Positions 34,684-40,000 of a stretch of DNA of 40,000 bases are shown here, one piece after another. The translations under genes were made by a program, and so were the position numbers. Origin of the DNA: Prolixibacteraceae bacterium (GTDB lineage: Bacteria > Bacteroidota > Bacteroidia > Bacteroidales > Prolixibacteraceae). The notes under the pieces are model-generated. The model had not been told where the DNA came from. It did not search any database and was given only the letters and a program-made list of their open reading frames with translations. The first letter of the stretch is position 1; every line of letters starts with the position of its first letter. The stretch covers positions 510,094 through 550,093 of the forward strand of contig CAXXHP010000004.1 in the NCBI GenBank assembly GCA_963662675.2, written 5' to 3'.

Positions 34684-35535
34684 ATGGAATTACCTCAAGG
34701 TGTAGTGTTGCTAGATAGTTTAGGTGATTTACAACCCGGCAATACAAGTCCAATTCTTGTTTGCGGATCCCATTGCGGAGGAAGCAGGGATCTTGCCAGA
34801 AACGTAAAAAACTGTCATGTAAATGCAGTTTTTCTCAACAATGCAGGTGTAGGAAAAAATCAGGCGGGGATCAGAGGTCTCACACATTACGAGGCTGAGG
34901 ATATTCTGGCCTGTGCTGTTGATCACGATAGTGCTGAGATTGGTATTGCCCGCGATACATGGGAGAGTGGAATCATAAGTCACACCAGCCCAAAAGCGGA
35001 AGAAGTCGGAATCCAAATCGGTGATTCTGTGAAAGAGGCCGTTGCCAAAATAATCAATATTATCATGCACCCTTCGTCAACTCAAAAAAGTAAGAATTTT
35101 GAATCTCATATTAAGAATAAAGAGAAGGAAAACTGTAGCAAGGTAGACCTAAAAAAACAAACGCAAACACAAATAAATGGAGTGAGTATCACTGTAACCG
35201 ATAGCATAACCTTCTTAAACGAGAAAAATTCAGGAGATATCGTTGTGTGTGGATCACATGGCGGTTTGAGTGCAGGGGATTATGCACAGAAATATCGAGT
35301 TAAAGCTGTGTTTTTTAATGATGCCGGAATCGGTAAAAATAATGCAGGTGTAAAAAGCCTCGAATCTCTAAGTGATGCAGGAATAATTGCATGCACAGTT
35401 GACTGCATGAGTGCAGAGATTTTTAACGGGCAGGACGTACTTGCTAATGGCATTATCACTGTTTGTAATCAACTGGCAAAGGACAGAAACATCAAAGAAA
35501 AGATGATGGTTAAAGAGGCCATTAAAAATATTTAG
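34684..35535 (+). CDS. hypothetical protein with an internal tandem domain duplication
   Basis: The ATG at 34684 gives MELPQGV; the ORF track start at 34654 is GTG. The two halves share I(L/V)VCGSH(C/G)G ... AVF(L/F)N(N/D)AG(V/I)GKN(Q/N)AG ... AC(A/T)VD..SAEI. Confidence 0.6.
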   Translation: MELPQGVVLLDSLGDLQPGNTSPILVCGSHCGGSRDLARNVKNCHVNAVFLNNAGVGKNQAGIRGLTHYEAEDILACAVDHDSAEIGIARDTWESGIISHTSPKAEEVGIQIGDSVKEAVAKIINIIMHPSSTQKSKNFESHIKNKEKENCSKVDLKKQTQTQINGVSITVTDSITFLNEKNSGDIVVCGSHGGLSAGDYAQKYRVKAVFFNDAGIGKNNAGVKSLESLSDAGIIACTVDCMSAEIFNGQDVLANGIITVCNQLAKDRNIKEKMMVKEAIKNI

Positions 35536-35944
35536 CGTAGTGCATGTTATCGCATGTAGCCACGAAACGTGACGATGATAGTTTCTCACCCTCAATTGCA
35601 AGCACTTGGCCATACCACATGGAGCTAAGCGCAGGTCAAAGTGACCCGTCTAAAAATATGTCTACACAAAACAAGTAGATTTGTATAAAATGATGGAGTA
35701 ACCAGACGTTACAGTGAGGGTTTCAAACTCAATATTTTAGTTGAACTCAGTAAGTTAAATTCAAGAAATACATAGTATTTAAATGCAAAAAAAGAACTAG
35801 AACATGTCTTGTTTGCTTTCAATTATTCAATAGTAAATGTTGATTATTGATTTTCGACTACTACAACTCAGATTATTGAGGCGAAACTAGGTAGATTTTT
35901 TTATTCGATTAATTTTAATAAAATTGCACCACTTGTATTAAAAA

Positions 35945-36511
35945 ATGAAGGCTTCTGTGCAAACAAATCAGATACTTAATAATGTTTCTTCTTTTGAAAA
36001 ATTTTTCAAAAAGAATTACCATTTAGCATGCCTTGTTGCCTTACGTTATTTAAAAGATGAGCAATTGGCAGAAGATGTTGTTCAAGAAACATTTCTATAC
36101 TTATGGCAAAGACGATCTGAATTAGAAGTTCAACGAAACTTGAAACATTATCTTTTAAATGCTGTCAAAAACAGAAGCATAAACCATTTTAATAGAGCGA
36201 AACAATTCGAATATTTGTCAGATATCAATACCGAAGTTTCTACAAGTGATGGATCAGATTCTGATTTTTCAGAAGAAGAATTAGCTATTCAAATAGCGAA
36301 TTCTATTGAAGAATTACCCCCACAGTGCAAAAGAATATTCTTATTAGCCTACACTGAAAATTTGACATATAAAGAGATCGCAGCAACTTTAAACCTCTCA
36401 AAGAACACTATAAAAACTCAAATGGGAATTGCCTATAAAATTTTGAGAGAAGAATTGAAAAATTATTTTCTTATCCTTTTTGTTTTGCCATTCAGACGAT
36501 TACTCCACTAG
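35945..36511 (+). CDS. ECF-type RNA polymerase sigma-70 factor
   Basis: 188 aa. Region 2 AEDVVQETFLYLWQRR and region 4 LTYKEIAATLNLSKNTIKTQM. Followed by FecR and SusC-like genes. Confidence 0.85.
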   Translation: MKASVQTNQILNNVSSFEKFFKKNYHLACLVALRYLKDEQLAEDVVQETFLYLWQRRSELEVQRNLKHYLLNAVKNRSINHFNRAKQFEYLSDINTEVSTSDGSDSDFSEEELAIQIANSIEELPPQCKRIFLLAYTENLTYKEIAATLNLSKNTIKTQMGIAYKILREELKNYFLILFVLPFRRLLH

Positions 36512-36618
36512 ATAAACTCCTTTAAGATCCATTCTAATCGGGTTAATCCAAAAAAAAATAAATAAAGTTGTATTTGAGTTCACCCTCTTACTTCTTTTTT
36601 GTGTCTTTATAATTATAT

Positions 36619-37584
36619 ATGGAACGAAAAGAACAAAACAAGTGGGAAGCATGGTCTTCAATCCTGCATAATCATGAAGTAGGAGGAGAAGGAGATTGTT
36701 TAGCAGATGTTGACAAAAAGGACTTTGATGCCGTTAAACGGATATTTGACGTAAAAAAGAAAGTTAGGCAAACAATGACCTTAGATTCCACTGATGTTGC
36801 GTGGAAGAGAATGAAGGTGCAATTATTGCCACGAGCTCAGAAGTTTGAGTATTTAAAATATGCTGCGGTATTCTTGATTTCATTGTTAGTTACAAGTGCA
36901 TCCTTTTGGGGTTATAATTGGAATAAATTTCGATTAAATGAATATGCCATTATTACTGCTCCCCAAGGGCAAATATCCAACATTACCTTGTTTGATGGTA
37001 CTAATATTTGGCTCAATGCAGGTTCTACCATAAAATACAATCAATCTTTTAATCGAAATAACCGAGAAATATTTCTTGATGGTGAAGCCTTGTTTGCTGT
37101 GAGTAAAAATGAAGAACTTCCTTTTATAGTGCATGCGGGAGATGCTCAAATAAAAGTTTTTGGAACAGAGTTCGATGTTAAAGCTTATAATAATGAGTCC
37201 TATATTGAAACCGTGCTGATTGAGGGCAGAGTAGAATTTACAGCGAATGAAAAAGCAATAAAAATGAGCCCCGGGGAACATTTGCAGTTTTCGAAAAAAA
37301 CTGGCGCTATTGAAAAGAGGAGAGTGCAACCAGAAGAATATACAGCATGGAAAGAGGGTAAAATTTATTTCAATAATGAAACATTGTTGAATCTGACCAT
37401 TCAAATAGAACGCTGGTATGAAGTAAAATTCTTATTTGAAGACGAGGATATTCAATCGTATCGTTTTTCTGGAGTCATCAATAAAGATAAATCGTTGGAA
37501 TATATTTTGGGGATTATTCAGGAGATAAACAAAGTTGAATTCATCTTTAATAAAGAACAGATTATAATAAAGGATAAAAAATAA
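36619..37584 (+). CDS. FecR-family anti-sigma factor / sensor
   Basis: 321 aa. Single TM (AAVFLISLLVTSASFWGY). The periplasmic part with LFDGTNIWLNAGSTIKY ... VFGTEFDVKAY is typical of FecR. Confidence 0.8.
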   Translation: MERKEQNKWEAWSSILHNHEVGGEGDCLADVDKKDFDAVKRIFDVKKKVRQTMTLDSTDVAWKRMKVQLLPRAQKFEYLKYAAVFLISLLVTSASFWGYNWNKFRLNEYAIITAPQGQISNITLFDGTNIWLNAGSTIKYNQSFNRNNREIFLDGEALFAVSKNEELPFIVHAGDAQIKVFGTEFDVKAYNNESYIETVLIEGRVEFTANEKAIKMSPGEHLQFSKKTGAIEKRRVQPEEYTAWKEGKIYFNNETLLNLTIQIERWYEVKFLFEDEDIQSYRFSGVINKDKSLEYILGIIQEINKVEFIFNKEQIIIKDKK

Positions 37585-37685
37585 GCAAGACCGGAATATG
37601 CTGGTAACATAGTCCGGTCTCAAAATAATCTAATACCAATTTTAGACAAAAGGTATTAGCAAGTTTAACACTCAATTACAAATTT

Positions 37686-40000
37686 ATGAAAAAAAAACTA
37701 TTTTCTCCGCGAGAGCGGAAGTGGTATTTATCACTAAAAACCTTGCTACGTATGAAACTAATGGCCTTCCTTTTTTTTGTGAGCATTTTTGCTACAACGG
37801 CAAACTCATACTCACAACAAAGTCGTTTTGACCTAAACGTCAGTAGTGTAACAATTGAAGATGTGATTAATGAAATCAAATCGAAAAGTGATCTTCAGTT
37901 TTTCTTTAGCAATGATGATTTTGACATTAGCCGGAAAGTTGACCTGAAGGTTAAGAACGGCAGCGTGGATGAAATTCTAGATCAGATTCTGGAGTCTTCA
38001 GAAATGAGTTATAAGATTGTTGATAATGCTGTTATTATATCAAAGGCAGAAGTTACCCAGTCTATCAACAATATTCAGCAATCAAAATCAGTAACTGGAA
38101 AAATAACTGATGGAAATGGGGATCCTTTACCTGGAGTAACCATCATTATTAAAGGCACAACACAGGGAACAATAACTAATTTTGATGGGATTTATTCTAT
38201 TTCTGAGGTGCCTAATGGTGCAGCGTTGGTTGCCACATTTATTGGTATGAGGAGTCAGGAAGTCTCAATTAATGGAAGAAGCTCTATTGATTTCACGATG
38301 GAAGAAGAAACAATTGGGTTGGACGAAGTTATTGCCGTTGGATATGGTGTACAAAAGAAAAGTTCTTTGACTGGTTCAATTTCTCAGGTAAAAAATGAAG
38401 ATGTTTCTAACCGTACAATTACAAGTGCAGAGCAAGCCTTACAAGGTAAAACTGCAGGTGTGCAGATTGTAACTACATCTGGTGCGCCTGGCTCTACACC
38501 TCTTATTCGTATCCGGGGTTATTCATCCAACTCAGATATGTCTCCTCTTTATGTAGTAGATGGTATTATTGTTTTAGATATCAGCAATATTGAGCCAAAT
38601 GATATTGAGTCAATGGAAGTGTTGAAAGATGCTTCTGCTGCCGCAATTTATGGTGCTCAGGCTGGAAATGGCGTTGTCTTAATTACAACTAAAAAGGGAA
38701 AAGCCGGAGCGAATGAATGGGGACAAATTTCATATGATTTCCAATATTCGTCACAAAGTGTTGCATCAACTCCAAATTTGATGAATGCGTCACAGTATGC
38801 CGAGTATATGGTTGATGGAGGCTATTTCAGCCAAAGCACTGTTGATACATACTGGGATGGGGTAACAAATACTGATTGGATTAATACCATGTTCAAAAGT
38901 TCTTTAATGAAGAAACATAGTTTATCATTTTCAAATGGAAATGATAAAAGTAGTTTCTATACGTCATTATCCTATTTGGACAACAATGGTATTCAGGTTG
39001 GTGATTTAGATGTTTATACACGCTTAACAGGAATGATCAATGCTGATTATAAAATTAAGCCATGGATTAAAATATCAACGAATAACAACATAGAGCGTGG
39101 AACTACTAAAAATGGTGGTGGAAGTGTGCTGGGGAATGTATTCCTGATGGATCCACTTACAGCTCAGTCATATAGCGAATCTGAGCTACCTGCAAACATG
39201 CAGTCGGTTCTTAATAGCGGATGGAATATTTTACAAAATGAAGATGATGAATATTATTCTATCTCAAACTTCTATGGTTTCAACAACCCACTAGCTTCAT
39301 TAAATACATCTTTAAGTAAAACCCAATCAATTAATCTAACAGGTAATTTTGCAACTGATTTAACACCAATTAAAGGGTTGACAATCACATCTAAATTAGG
39401 TTATGTCTTAGGTTCAACTGCTTCAAATACTTATAACCACGATTATTATGGCTCTCCTCAAAGATATTCCGAATTTGTTACTGCAAGCCAGTCAAATTCA
39501 ACAAGAGTAAACTACCAATGGGATAACTATGTAAACTACTTGACTACAATTGCCGACAAACATGACGTTTCTGCAATGGTAGGACATTCATTTATTAAAA
39601 ACACATATTACAATACCAATGGTGGACTAACAGCAAATGAAGAAGATGCTGTATTAAAAGATGATCCTGAATTGTTTGGATGGTTGGATTTTGCAAGCAG
39701 TTCTGCTTCAAAAACTAACAGTGGCCGCATTTCCGAAAATTCAAGTGAATCGTATTTTGGTCGTGTAAACTATTCATACGATAGTAAATACTTATTGCAA
39801 TTCTCGTTACGTGCCGATGCATTTGACTTATCTAAATTGCCTGTAACAAATCGTTGGGGATATTTCCCTGCTGGTTCTGCTGCCTGGGTCGTTTCTCAAG
39901 AAAACCTTTGGGGTGCTATGCCTGAAAAATTCAAGTTTAGTTATTTAAAACTGAGAGCTTCTTGGGGTAAAAATGGTTCTGTTGGTCCGTTAAGCAATTA
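37686..40000 (+). CDS. SusC/RagA-family TonB-dependent receptor with N-terminal signalling (STN) domain, 3' end outside the window
   Basis: My own translation from the ATG at 37686: MKKKLFSPRERKWYLSLKTLLRMKLMAFLFFVSIFA.... It contains an STN-like segment, a CarboxypepD_reg-like VTGKITDGNGDPLPGVTIIIKGTTQGTITNFDGIYSI, and a plug region. The frame stays open to position 40000; it is absent from the ORF track because there is no stop. Confidence 0.85.
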   Translation, partial: MKKKLFSPRERKWYLSLKTLLRMKLMAFLFFVSIFATTANSYSQQSRFDLNVSSVTIEDVINEIKSKSDLQFFFSNDDFDISRKVDLKVKNGSVDEILDQILESSEMSYKIVDNAVIISKAEVTQSINNIQQSKSVTGKITDGNGDPLPGVTIIIKGTTQGTITNFDGIYSISEVPNGAALVATFIGMRSQEVSINGRSSIDFTMEEETIGLDEVIAVGYGVQKKSSLTGSISQVKNEDVSNRTITSAEQALQGKTAGVQIVTTSGAPGSTPLIRIRGYSSNSDMSPLYVVDGIIVLDISNIEPNDIESMEVLKDASAAAIYGAQAGNGVVLITTKKGKAGANEWGQISYDFQYSSQSVASTPNLMNASQYAEYMVDGGYFSQSTVDTYWDGVTNTDWINTMFKSSLMKKHSLSFSNGNDKSSFYTSLSYLDNNGIQVGDLDVYTRLTGMINADYKIKPWIKISTNNNIERGTTKNGGGSVLGNVFLMDPLTAQSYSESELPANMQSVLNSGWNILQNEDDEYYSISNFYGFNNPLASLNTSLSKTQSINLTGNFATDLTPIKGLTITSKLGYVLGSTASNTYNHDYYGSPQRYSEFVTASQSNSTRVNYQWDNYVNYLTTIADKHDVSAMVGHSFIKNTYYNTNGGLTANEEDAVLKDDPELFGWLDFASSSASKTNSGRISENSSESYFGRVNYSYDSKYLLQFSLRADAFDLSKLPVTNRWGYFPAGSAAWVVSQENLWGAMPEKFKFSYLKLRASWGKNGSVGPLSN

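Overview
AT-rich, Bacteroidota-like chromosomal window (SusC/RagA + ECF-sigma/FecR module, iorAB, asnA). Downstream of tRNA-Arg(TCT) (3439-3512) lies a Xer-like tyrosine recombinase (4384-5517). It is followed, in the same orientation, by an integron-type array of 13 gene cassettes (5611 to about 31.9 kb). Cassette boundaries are readable directly. Each cassette starts with G|TT plus 6-10 nt that are the reverse complement of the ...AAC box opening its own imperfect-palindromic attC site (about 131-135 bp). One 621-bp ORF-less cassette occurs twice, identical, bounded exactly by the GTT triplets. Six attC sites are interrupted at the same position of the R'' box by copies of one ~1.94-kb ORF-containing group II intron. 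It encodes an RT/maturase without an endonuclease domain and looks class C-like. Five copies have identical 431-aa ORFs and one is decayed; all are antisense to the cassettes. Cassettes carry small nuclease/ATPase-type genes (PIN-like pair, PLD-like, HNH, FRG, AAA-ATPase + partner), a methyltransferase+GNAT pair, an NmrA-like reductase+AraC regulator, membrane proteins and non-coding cassettes. The recombinase lacks the IntI-specific insertion, so the platform may be a non-canonical integron-like system. The flanks are ordinary housekeeping or PUL-type genes. All homology calls come from motif reading only; no database search was possible.
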